A program made the position numbers and the translations under genes. DNA of 64,000 nucleotides, taken from the human T2T-CHM13v2.0 reference genome, Homo sapiens. The stretch lies in the NCBI RefSeq assembly GCF_009914755.1, contig NC_060941.1; one strand, 5' to 3'. This document shows positions 14,150 through 25,520 of the stretch, piece by piece. Below the pieces are notes generated by a model. The model was not told the DNA's origin. It saw only the letters and a program-made list of their open reading frames with translations, and made no database searches. The stretch's first letter is position 1. Every line of letters starts with the position of its first letter.

Positions 14150-14830
14150 TCTCTACCAATGGTGGTTCATGACGGTCTTTAAATCCACTCATCCTCATGC
14201 TCTCCATCCCCACTATGAGCCCCCTGGAGGAGATCCCTCATCTCTCACCTGGACCAGAGCAATAGCTTCCTAACTGGTCTTCTCACCTCCACTGCAGCCA
14301 GCATGAAATATAACTATGCAAATGTGACCAAGCTATCCCCCACATAAGATCCTTCAGTGACTTCCCACTGCTCTTGGGATAGAGGCCTAAACCCTCAGCC
14401 AGGTCTATTCCACCAGCTCTCCCTGCAGCCCTACCCCCATGGCTTCCTGCTTGCTCTCTGCTTTCCAGCAGTGTGGTCCTTCTATGTGCTCTGGGTTCCT
14501 TCCCACTCCAGCCTGGGCCCAGGCTCTTCCTCTACTGGGAACATTCTTTCTTCAGCTTTCCCAGGGATCTGATGGGCCCCTACTCATCCTTCCAGTCTCA
14601 ACTCAACATCACTTTTGCTCCTGGTTTCCACTCCTATGGCAGCTCCCCTGTTTATATGCTCAGCATTTATCCCAGTTTGTCAGCCTCCTAGGATGATTAC
14701 TTGAAGGCAGAGCTCGTGTCCTTTTATTTACCATTGCCCTCTCCCCTCTGCCTCTGTCCCCACACATGTGCACCTATTTCCATGTCCAGCAGAGAGCAGG
14801 CACCCAGTACACATCTGCTGAATGCGTGCT
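14150..14830 (+). mobile_element. L2 LINE fragment
   Basis: catctctcacctggac...aatagcttcctaactggtctt, ccttcagtgacttcccactgctctt, 3' end gcaggcacccagtacacatctgctgaatg. Confidence 0.6.
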
Positions 14831-14995
14831 GACATTCATGGGCTGCCCTTAACAGACTGGGAGCAGCCTGTGGGCAGGAGATGCAGCTTATTAATCTTGG
14901 TTGGAAACAGCAAGTTGTGTTGTGTCCATGTGTGTAAGTGTGGGTATGTGTATATTCGGAGTGCTAATTGGTGCCAGATAAAACAAAAAGCAATG

Positions 14996-15222
14996 TGGAT
15001 CACCTGAGATCAGGAGTTTGAGACCAGCCTGGCTAACATGGTGAAACCCCAACTCTACTAAAGTTATAAAAATTAGCTGGGTGTGGTGGCATGTGCTTGT
15101 AGTCCCAACTACTCGGGAAGCTGAGGCAGGACAATCACTTGAACCCAGGAAAGGCAGAGGTTGCAGTGAGCCAAGATTGTGCCACTGCACTCCAGCGTGG
15201 ACAACACAAGACTCCGTTTCAA
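14996..15222 (+). mobile_element. 5'-truncated Alu (AluS-like)
   Basis: Starts at tggatcacctgag; 16-bp TSD aaaacaaaaagcaatg (14980-14995) / aaaagaaaaagcaatg (15223-15238). Confidence 0.95.
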
Positions 15223-15654
15223 AAAAGAAAAAGCAATGAAGCCCATGTACAGGAATGTGAGAATGTGAGAAACAGATTCAGAGAAGCAGTCTGGGGGTCA
15301 AAGCCCATCTGAGCAAAAAACAGTAAAGCAGTGCCTAGGTTTCCATTGCATAGTGTCCTGAGAAATTTTCTGGAGCAGGATTTGGCATGGGGGTGTTTAG
15401 ATGGGGGCGGGGGCTTTAAAGACCCAGGCTCCTTCCTCCCTTTTGAATTTCTTAAATGCACAGCTTTTAAGATTGTAAATTATTTGATTGTAAGGAGCAT
15501 ATTTTATCTATCTTGGTTTCCTCTGTTCCCATAACAACCCTTGATAAATAGTAGAAGTTTCATAAATGTTTGCTGAATTGGATTGACTTTATCCTAATCA
15601 TAGCCTGAGCCCTGGTAAGATCTGTTTATTCATTCAACATTTACTGTTTATCTA

Positions 15655-16100
15655 CTATTCATTCATTCTTTCAACATTTTTTGCATACCTACTAATTGCT
15701 AGGCAATGGGGCTACAGCTGTGAACGAGGCAAAGTTTCTTGTTTGCTCAGAGCTTAAAGTGTAAGGGGAATTGAGACAGTATAATCAGTACTGAAGTAGG
15801 AATGATCAGGGGAAAAGGGATCCCAGAGAAGGGTAAACGAACCTAGACCTGGAGCTAGAGGTAGTGGTCAGGGAAGGCTTCCTGGAGGAAGTGACTTCCA
15901 AGATGAGGCCTGACAAATGAGTAGGAGACAACCCAGAGTAGGGGATAAGCGTGAAGAGTATTTAAGTCAGAGAAACAGCATGTGTAAAAGTTAGAGAACT
16001 CCACATCATTCACTGATTCACCAAGGCAGGTGTGAAGGATAGGGGTAGGGTAGCAGTGAGTGATGAGGCTGGCCCCTGAGTGACACCTGGCCTGATTATA
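15655..16100 (-). mobile_element. L2 LINE 3' fragment
   Basis: attcattctttcaacattttttgcatacctacta...tggtcagggaaggcttcctggaggaagtgac. Confidence 0.75.
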
Positions 16101-16883
16101 GAAAGTGCTGGGCCAGGTACTTTAATTAATTCTTTTCTATTAAGGCTTCAGGACAACCCTATAAGGCATGGATCATCATTCCATTTTATTCAGATAGAAC
16201 TCAAGAAAATTCAGGGGCTCAAGGAAGTTCTCCCAGTTGGTTAGCAGTGGGGCCAGGCTTCAGATCTATGTCCCAGGGCTTTCCCACCCCTGAACCACCT
16301 CCAGATTCTGAGGCTATGCAAGAGGAAAGGCATTCATGCTGGGCGGACATTGGACCAGAAACACAAGCACACCCCTCCCTGATGATGTGGGTGCAATCTG
16401 CATTCCTAGGCTCACTGGCTGGTCTCCACCATAATTACTATCTTCTGTGTGCCACCTGGATGGAGCAGGAAGGGGAACTAGAAAGGCCACCACTACAGAC
16501 AGCACTTTTAACACGGAGCGTGTTAACCTCTTGTCTTAATAGTATTCAAATGAGGCCCCCAACCCAGTGCACTCAGGGCCAACACCTGGCTGCACAATTT
16601 GGATGGAGCGCCTCAGTCCCGAGGAGCATGAAGATCTCATTATGTAATTAGGTCTTTGGAAAATGAGCTATTATTCTTTGGCTCTGCAATCACGGGCTTG
16701 ATGCAGCTTAGGGATCCAAGGGGATGCTGGGGGTGTGTGTCTGTTGCTCACTGCTGCTGCTGCATGAAGACTGTTACAGAGCAAGACATCTCCAGAACGT
16801 CCCAACCTCTGGGAGGAAGGAAGCGGGACTTCTTTCCTCATCTTCCAACAGGGAACAGCTTAGGGATTAGGGACCGTCTAGAT

Positions 16884-17204
16884 CGGTGGTTCTCAAACTT
16901 CTTTGAGCATCAGAATCCCCTGGAGGAATTGTTAAAGCGTAAAGCATAGGTTGCTGGGCTCTACCTCCAGAATTTCAGATTCCATTGGTCTGGGCTGGCG
17001 ACCGAGAGTTTGCCTTTCTAACAGGTTCCCTGGCGGTGCTGATGGGAACTTGTTAGACCTCAGCCCAGACCAACTGAATCTGAAATTCTGGAGGTAGAGC
17101 CCAGCAACCTATGCTTTAACAGTTCCTCCAGGGAGTTTACTTCAGAAGATTGTAATTATGGTAGAGACCAGCCAGTGATCTGGGGACCGCACGTTGAGAA
17201 CGGG
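16884..17204 (+). mobile_element. MER5A interrupted by a templated inverted insertion
   Basis: Left end cggtggttctcaaactt...gcatcagaatcccctggagg; right end tggggaccgcacgttgagaac resumes after 17178. Confidence 0.85.
16918..17133. repeat. Long near-perfect inverted repeat (hairpin)
   Basis: 16940-16997 vs reverse complement of 17061-17118 = 56/58; outer 15-bp and inner 14-bp arms each with one mismatch. Confidence 0.97.
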
Positions 17205-17649
17205 GCCCTCTGGAGTAAACTGAGGCACCACCTAATCCCCAGCTTCCTCAGGAAGTCCCTCCAAGTCCTCACCATCAGATCTGAACTCCTCATTGTTCAC
17301 ATATGCACAGGGGGTACAGTTGAGCTTCAAAGTTTAGCGAGGGAGAGAAGAAGGACAGGTGTTATTCCTATTTTTCATATCAGGAAGCTGAAGCCCAGGT
17401 TCCAATGACTTAGAATTGGTAGAACTGGTAATAGAATCTAAGTCTTCTGTTAGCCATTGCAACAACTGGCCAGACTTAAATTTGCTCCAGTAGATCTTAG
17501 GCAGTTAGTTATTTCCTTGAGCTCAGGGCAGTTGGGACCACTATCTAGGCACCCAAATCTATATGCTTATCTTCTCCCTGGGCACCCAGCTAGACCACCT
17601 TTCCTGCCTTCTTTCTAGTCGGGTAAGGACGTGTTACCAATCTCTCTCC

Positions 17650-17917
17650 TTTGGAATGCAGTGGGAGTGATGAGTTCTTCCAGGCCTGGTCCATATAAAT
17701 CTCCCACATGTATTACTCCTGATGCTCGATGGAATGTCAAATTCCAGGGTGACTTTGGAAGTTGTGAGAACCTGGAGCCCTGAGTATGTATGTGGAGGAG
17801 AGTCATCTGTGAGTGGAACAACTATCTAGAACTTTATATAATAAACTTCCATTATGCTAAGCCTCCTAAATTCTGGGGTCTATTTGCTATGATGGCCTAA
17901 CCTGCTCTAATTAATAT
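17650..17917 (+). mobile_element. MLT1-type MaLR LTR 3' fragment
   Basis: ataaacttccattatgctaagcctcctaaattctggggtctatttgcta...ctaattaata resembles an old MLT1 3' end. Confidence 0.55.
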
Positions 17918-17919
17918 GG

Positions 17920-18102
17920 TTAGTTTCTTAAAGTATGATCTCAGGATGACTTGCATCAGAGTCACTTGCTTTCTTAAAAGTGAGATGCCCAGGCTTCATC
18001 CCATCCCTACTGAAATGGAGTCCTTGGCTGCAGAATCTGGCAAAGCTGTATTTTAACAAGTATCCCAGGTAGTTGTTATGCACACTGAAGTTTGACAATC
18101 AT
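17920..18102. mobile_element. MER5-family hAT relic
   Basis: tttcttaaagtatgatc...gcatcagagtcac...ctgtattttaacaagtatcccaggt...tgcacactgaagtttga. Confidence 0.7.
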
Positions 18103-18113
18103 ATATTCTGGAT

Positions 18114-18404
18114 CTGGGGGTTGGCACACTATAGCCCACAGCCAAATGTGGCTCGCCACCTGTTTTTGTACAGTCTGTGAGCTAAGAATGGATTTTGGTT
18201 CAACAAAAAAATCAAAAGGATAATTGTATTTTCTAACGTGTGAAGAGTGTTATTGGACTACAGCCATGTTCATTTGTTTGTATATATTTTTGGCTGCCTT
18301 TTCACTCCAACGGCAGAAGAATAGTTGAGTCAGAGACGATATGGTCTGCGGAGTCTAAAATATTTACTATCTGCCCCTTCACAGAAAAACTTTGCTGACC
18401 AATG
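18114..18404. mobile_element. MER58B-like hAT-Charlie element
   Basis: ggggttggcacactatagcccacagccaaat...gagctaagaatgg...aaaatatttactatctg...tttgctgacc; 8-bp TSD ttctggat/ttctagat (7/8). Confidence 0.85.
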
Positions 18405-19664
18405 TTCTAGATCCTAAAATTTTACTTTGTAAAATGCCTCCTGATGGATAGTAATGTGTAGCAATGACATCATGACCTATGGATTTAGAGTCCCTTGTGA
18501 CATGGACATGAGAGAACAAATATTATCATTCATTCATTCACGTATTCATTTTTGTAGTGGACATTTATTGGATGCTCTCAAAGTGCTGGGCATTGAGTTG
18601 CAAAAGGGAACATGATGAGTGCACAATACATAAGCTTGGCAATTATGCTTTTTCCATGACAATGAAACTCATTATTAAATAAGAGACTAAACAATCACTA
18701 ATCTCTAATTACTGTATAAGAATGTCACATGTTATTTCACAGGGACTTTTGTAGAAGGTGTTAACAGAAAGGTTCATGCTAGGAGACAACTGCTCCTATT
18801 GAAGATCCTTCATTTTATAGTAATGGAAAATAGTAAAGGCTGAACTCAAAGCAATTGCAGAGAGTTAGGGACCTCTTTGTATTTTCTTTCTTTTAACACG
18901 GAATGATGTGAACCAGTAGAAGAGGTAAAAATTTCCCAAAAGACAACACCTCCCTTAAAGCTAGGTATAGCTAGTCATCTACAAATTTCTAGCCAAAAGA
19001 AACAAGATAAATCATGTGGAGAACTTTTAGAAAGGTTCCTTAAATAGCGTGGACTTAAGAAGGTGGGGAGCCTCTTTGCCCCCCCTTTCTCTTCCAGCAA
19101 CAATGGAAGAGAAAGAAGGTTCGGAACTCCCTGAGATGACAGTTGGGAGAGAGATGATCTAGATATACTTGAACATCATGGCCTTGGCCACCTAGCAAGC
19201 TCTAGGCAGGTGGAACAGGTGAGCCAGCCAGAGCAAGTTGAAAAGATGCTAATGGGAAGGCCAAAGAGACATAGCTAACTCCCACATGATCCAAACACAA
19301 ATTAATCTCTGAGAATTTGGTTCTAAGGTTGAAATGTAGGTAAGGTGCAAGAGGTTTCTAGGTAGCACTGATTCTCAGTATTGGGTATGGTCTAGCTTTT
19401 AGGTCAAGGAGGTATATCCAAGTCAATGAAATGAATTCCTGAAGAAGGATTCGATCTTAGAAGAAAGAGTCAATTGAACATGAATCCATGGTATGAGGCC
19501 ACCACTACCTACTTGGTCAGGGGTTCATGGCCAAGCTCCAGTTCTGGTAGAAGCAGCTAAAAGTCAATAGCAGAACCAGAGCAAAAAATCAGACAAGCAG
19601 TGAGGCCAAGTAGCAATGCTCAGGGCTCAAGAGGTACCTAGAACTTAATTATCATCCATGCACC

Positions 19665-20085
19665 AAAAACTTCTCCCCTAAAGCTAAATATAGCTAGCCA
19701 TCTAAAAGCTCTAGCCAAAAGAAATAAGAGAAATCATTTGGGGAACTTGTAGCAAAGTTCCTTAAAGGGCACTAACTTAAGAAAGTAGGGCACCTTTTTG
19801 CCTTCCCTTCCTGTTGCCTCCCAGAATACAGATGTGATGGGTGATGCTCCAGCAGGCATCTTGGGCTATGAAGTGACTTTGAGAAAGGAAGTACATGCTG
19901 GGATGGTGGGACTGAATTCCATGGGAGCCTGCATCTCTGTTAAGCCTGAAGCAGCCATGAAGCAGTCTTTGGTTTGCTTGTCTCCAGACTTCTTTTATAT
20001 TCTATAAAAATAACTTTTTATCTTATTTAAGCCAGTTATTTGGGGTTTTCTGTTACATAAAGCTGAACTTACTCCTACCCAATAC
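19665..20085 (+). mobile_element. ERVL LTR (LTR16/LTR33-like)
   Basis: gctccagcaggcatcttgggctatgaag...ccagacttctt...tcttatttaagcca...ggggttttctgttaca...aataca 3' end. Confidence 0.65.
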
Positions 20086-20096
20086 ACCCCCTATCC

Positions 20097-20395
20097 AGGA
20101 GCATTTCCTAGTATGGAGTACATGTGTCACTGATAGTAGACAAGCCATCTTTAGATAGCATTAACTCAGATGAGCATGGATCTATGATTATGTATTTATT
20201 TTAATATATACTAGAGAAAATATAGCCAGCACTTCAAACTTGTGATTTCATGGATAAGGCTCATGCTGGTATTTACATTTAAAAAGAAAGTCAATTTAAA
20301 ATAAATGGTTGAATAAATAATAGAACAACCAGCTTGCAAGAACGGCAACTGTAGTGAAGGTAGAATTTGAATGACTGAATGTTTGCAAGCAGTGC
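20097..20395. mobile_element. Probable hAT-Charlie non-autonomous element (family uncertain)
   Basis: AT-rich about 300 bp bounded by degenerate cag..tttccc / tttgcaagcagtg Charlie-like termini. Confidence 0.4.
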
Positions 20396-23300
20396 CATAG
20401 GGAATGATGGTGAAACTGGACCTGCCTTGTTGGGAGACCCAGTGCTTACCTTGCCTACAGCAGGGGCTCAGTAAATGTCTGTGGAATGAATGACAACGTA
20501 CACAACTTTCTCCCTGAATGGGCTCCAGCTTCTCTCTGAATACCCTTGCCTCTGCCTGTAGCCCACCTCCTCCCTGCCTCTGGATAAAAGATCCTAAGCT
20601 CTTTCTTTGTGTATTTTTCTAATCTTCTAATATGCAATTGTTGTTTTCAAAGCACAAGTCAGTTACCTGCTCTTGGGGCTTTTACTTTTCAGGTTTTCTT
20701 AAACGGAACTTTTAGCCTTGGCCATTTCACAATTCTTTGTTTATTTCTTTCTCACACTGGCTCATTGGTTGGGCCCCATTTCATGTGGTTGAAATAAAAA
20801 CAGAAACTGCCTCCCGTATAGAAGATCTATGGCTACTTGTTTCTCTAGAGTATTAATATATTTTTCACTTGTGGCCACATGGAGCCCTAACTAGAACCTG
20901 TCTCCTAGGGATGGGAGGAAAGAGGAATTCCCTTGCTTTTAACCAGCTCAGCTACAGCAGGGACCTCCCACTGCAGAACCTCCCTTAATCTCAGCATTGT
21001 TCCAAAACCCATCAGAAGAACAGTGAGCCTGCCCTGGGTTTGCAGACCACTTTACAGAGCTTGGAGTGCTTTCAGATCTCTAATCTGAGTTTCTGCCTGT
21101 ACAAGGAGACCTGGAACCCTTGTTGGTCTTCAGTCCTTTGGGCTCACTCGCTATTGCAAAAATCTGGAAAAGGCTGGGAGGAGCATGTAGATAAGGAGGA
21201 CCCAACCTTGAATGGAGGATAAATGAAATGTCTAAGGAGGAATAATGATGTGCTGTGTTCCCATTAAGATGAACCATGACATTATGGGAACTGGGCTCAG
21301 GGAACAAAGGGGAAGCCCACTTGGGAATTCATGTGGGATGGTGGAGAGAAAGAGAAATGGTATAAAGGATGCCCAAATGTCTTGGAGAGCATTGAGAACC
21401 AACTGAGGCAGAGTGACGAGAAGTGGCTTCTGCAATGTGGACCTGATGGTGAGAGGTGGAGCTGTGGCTAGGAGAGTAATAACCAAATAGCCTTATGCAC
21501 CTGCAACCTCTGGTTAGCTCCATTGGTACACAGAAGTAGGAAATATTAACAAGAACCAACTTCTGGAAGTCTGGTTTTTAAATGTTGGTATCTGTCAGTA
21601 TGATCTGTGTTGGTGGTAACTGCCCTACCTGTTGTAATAATACCCAGCATCCTATCTAAGCTTTATGATAACAGTCAAGAAAGCAGGGCCAGGATGATAT
21701 CCCCATTTTATAGTAAAAAGACTGAGGTTTAGAGAGTCTTACCGAAGGTCATACTGATGATGGGTAGCAGAATTTAGTCTAGATGCCAGGACTCCAGTTT
21801 CCTTTCCATCACCCCAGTGACTCTGCACTTTGTGATTCACAAAGTAAGACATATGGAACAGTTCTTGCCCTTGCTAATGTAACAATATCCTTTTCCTTGT
21901 AACTACTGCCACTTCAGCCTTCCTCTGTGTATCTGGCATCTCCAGTGGGTCTATATCTACTTGATTCTTCTCTCCTCCTTGACCTTCGCTTGGTTTTATG
22001 GTCTCTCCAATGACTTCTTTATTTCTCTTTTTTCTCTTCCAGACGAATTTAATTAAGAGAAAAATTTAGAGGTTGGCACTAGTTTCTGCTGTGTGGTATA
22101 CCTCGGGTAGAACTAGTTGGGAGTGGTGGACACTCAACTTTTCTTCCATCCTTTCCTCCTACATAGATTGGCTGGGTGCCATGCTCTGTGTGGGAAGCAA
22201 GAGGAAACAGGAACAACTAGGGGAAACCTTACTTGGGCTCTAGACCTCTTGGAGAATCTGATGAACAATTTAGCCTCTCTCCCTTAAAATGTACTTGTCC
22301 CCATTTGACCAAGGTTTTTGCTTGAAATTATAGGGTTCTTGAATGCCTTGAAGCCTACCTGTAAATGCCAGAGACGTGTGGCTAAGAAGGGGTGGAGGGT
22401 GGTGCAGCTCTTGATGGGCAAATAGCTGGTGACACTGTAATACAGTCAGTGCAGAGAGGAAGACAAGTAAAGAGCTAGAGGAGTGCCTGGGTACTGCCAG
22501 TCTGAAACCAGGAAGGTCAGGTCTGCAGAGTAAGCTCTGGATGATGTTGGGGAACACAGTGTGGGGCAGAGGCCAGGAGTTTAAACTGGATCAAAGCAGA
22601 GATCTTGCAGGTAAGAGGGCATTTAACTGGGGAGTGTCAGTGCCTCCCTCTTGAAATGGTGGTGACAACATCTTTCTCACAGGATTCTTGGAACTGTGAA
22701 AAGATAATGGATAGGAGAGCCCTTACTCCTGCATTGTCTCCACTGACCCTTGTGCCTCTCCAGGGCAGGGACCTTGTGTTTTCACAAAATCCCTAAGATC
22801 TAGAACAGTGCCTGACATGAAAGAGACGCTCTTCAAATGTATATGTATTACAATCACCAGAGCAGGCATTGTTTGAGCATCTACTGAATAAGCAAATGAA
22901 TGGAGGGAGGCAGACATGGAGAAAATGGTTTGATTCTATCCCAAGGGGGTGACATATCAGCTTTGGAATTGCCCATCTTACACAAATAAATGTTGTCCTA
23001 AAACTATATGTGTGTAAATTGAAGTCTGATAAGAAAAATCCTCTTAATGACTTTGATAATAATTTCAGAGAATCTTTGCTTCTATTTCCTCTTGATTTAA
23101 AATTGGCAGTTGCCTAATATATGGGCCCCAACAGCACTTTTTTCTATAAAGGAAGAAATGCCCAGAAAGTCAACTCTTAAGTGTACCAATAATGAGGGGG
23201 GAAGAAAAGAGGTCACTAGTAAACTTTTACATTTCAAAAGACTGCCATTTTCCAAGCAGAAACTCTTCAAATGTCTCAATTGACTCACCCACAGAACCAG

Positions 23301-24466
23301 GGGCAGGGGGAAGAGCAGAAGACAGCCTGCACCCAGCCTCTCAGAATTAAATTATTAGCTCCATTTTACACTTTAGAAAAGCATGGCTTAGAAAGGTTAA
23401 GTGACCTGCAAAAGCAAGTTCAAGGTGGAATAAGAGGCAGTGACTTTTCCGTTGGTTGCTGCAAATGAATGTTAGAGAAAAACTGAGATTTTATAAAACT
23501 GAGGTGACTCATAATGTAGAAAATCCTCCTCTCTGCTCCCACCTCTTTCCAAGCTTTGTTCATGAGGCAGTGTTTGCACAGGAAGGACAACAACAGCTGG
23601 ACACACCTGGGTCAGAAACCTAGCCCTGCGTTCCGAGCTGCATGGCCTCTGCCACTGAACACCAGTGCGCATGTCCATTTACCACCCACCCTGCTCTGTC
23701 TGGTCCCCATTCACAGGTCAGTTGGGCCCAGCTCTGGGGGATGAGTGTTGGGAAATGAGGAGAATCCAGAGAAAAGTTGCCACGGCAACAGGGGAGCAGT
23801 GGTGGCTACTCTCTAAGGTGATCTATGGCTCCACACACGTCAGAAGGTTTGCTTGTTTGCTTTCCATCTGGACCCTCCAAGCTTCCGGGCACATTGGGGG
23901 AATATTAATGGCACTCCCTCCCTCCTCTCACCCTTTCCTGGGGCAGCTACCTGGGCTTTGGGTACCACCTGCAGCCAGCCTCCCGGAGACAGTCTGGAAA
24001 GCTGCTTTGGTTGCTAGTCTTCTTTCCTCACTGCATAATGGACACATCATGTCTCAGAGCTGGAAGTGATCACAGAGATCTTTCTGGCCCAATGCTCTTG
24101 TTTGATGTGTGGGGAAACTGAGGCTCAGGGAGGTACAGTGACGTGTTCAAAGACACCCTGTGAATAAGGAGAAGGGTCACAAGTGGAACTCATAGTCTAG
24201 GGCTCTTTCTGCAGCACCTTCTTGCTTCTCTGGGGCTAGGAAGAAAGGCTACTTAGAGGCAAGTTACCATAACCAACTGACTTTGGCCAAGACACATCCC
24301 TTCCCTGGGCCACAGTTTCTCATTCTGATCAATAAGAATTGGAATTTGTGGTTGATGATTCTCTGCACTGTTAATAGAAATGACATAACCTTTTTGAAGA
24401 CTCAAAAAATGGGTCAAAATGGGACTTACAAACCAACTTCTGACTCCACTAATTTTTCTTGGTGTC

Positions 24467-24844
24467 TGACATGGTTTAGCTCTGCATCCCCAACCAAATC
24501 TCATGTTGAATTATAATCCCCAGTGTTAGGGAAGGGACCTGGTGAGAGGTGATTGGATCCTGGGGGTGGATTCCCCCTTGCTGTTCTCGTGATAGTGAGT
24601 GAGTTCTCATGAGATCTGGTTGTTTAAAAGTGTGCAGCACTTCCCCCTTCTCTCTCTCCTTCTGGCCTTGTGAAGATGTGCTTGCTTCCTCTCTGCCTTC
24701 CACCACGATCGTGAGTTTCCTGAGGCCTCCCCAGCCATGCTTCCAGTACAGCCTGTGGAACCATGAGCTGATTAAACCTCTTTTCTTTATAAATTACCCA
24801 GTCTCAGGTAGTTCTTTATAGCAACGTGAGAATGGACTAATATA
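24467..24844 (+). mobile_element. MST (MSTA-like) MaLR solo LTR
   Basis: tgacatggtttagctctg...ccaaatctcatgttgaattataatcccc...attaaacctcttttctttataaattacccagtctcagg...ggactaatata; 5-bp TSD gtgtc/atgtc. Confidence 0.93.
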
Positions 24845-24899
24845 ATGTCTTTACAGAAGTCACGTCAGTTTCCAGGAGCTAACCAATAGCTTAGCCATG

Positions 24900-25520
24900 A
24901 ATTCCCCTTCGTTACTGTGTCTGAGTACTGCACAGCCCTCCTAATAAGTTTCCCTGCTTCCAGTCCAACTCCGCAGTCAAGTATCTAGGTTGATCATCCT
25001 GAAACCCACATCTGGCCAGGCCATCCTCCTTTTCTTGCTTAAAACCCAGTCATGGGCCTTCAGGGTCAACATCAAGCTCTTTAGCACGGATATGAGGCCT
25101 TTCCTGAACACAGCATTATGCCAGAGTCCTTTATCATTACCCCTCTGCTTCGGTGTGACCACAATGTTTCCTAAACATGCTTGGATGTCTCCAACTTCAT
25201 ACATACAGAACCCTCTGCCTTTGTCCACCTCACCCCCTTTTTGCTCCACTTGTCCTAACTCCAATTCGCTCTTCAAGATCCAGCTTGGCTATTTCCCTGA
25301 CACTCTGAAGTGTTCCTCTGTGCTCCCTCGGCACCTGGTACTTATCCCTGTTAAAGCTCTTCTCATGCTGCATAAGTATTGTATTTGTTATCTGCCTCTT
25401 TCATGAGAATGCAAGCTCCTAGGGTAGTAACTGGGTCTTGTTTTTTTTTTGATTCCCTAGTGTTTCCTGTAGAGTCTGACATGTAGGAGGTACTTAGGTT
25501 ATACTTGCTGAATGGCTGGA
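24900..25520 (+). mobile_element. L2 LINE 3' fragment
   Basis: ctcctaataagtttccctgcttccagtc...gaatgcaagctcctagggtag...atgtaggaggtactt...acttgctgaatgg. Confidence 0.65.
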
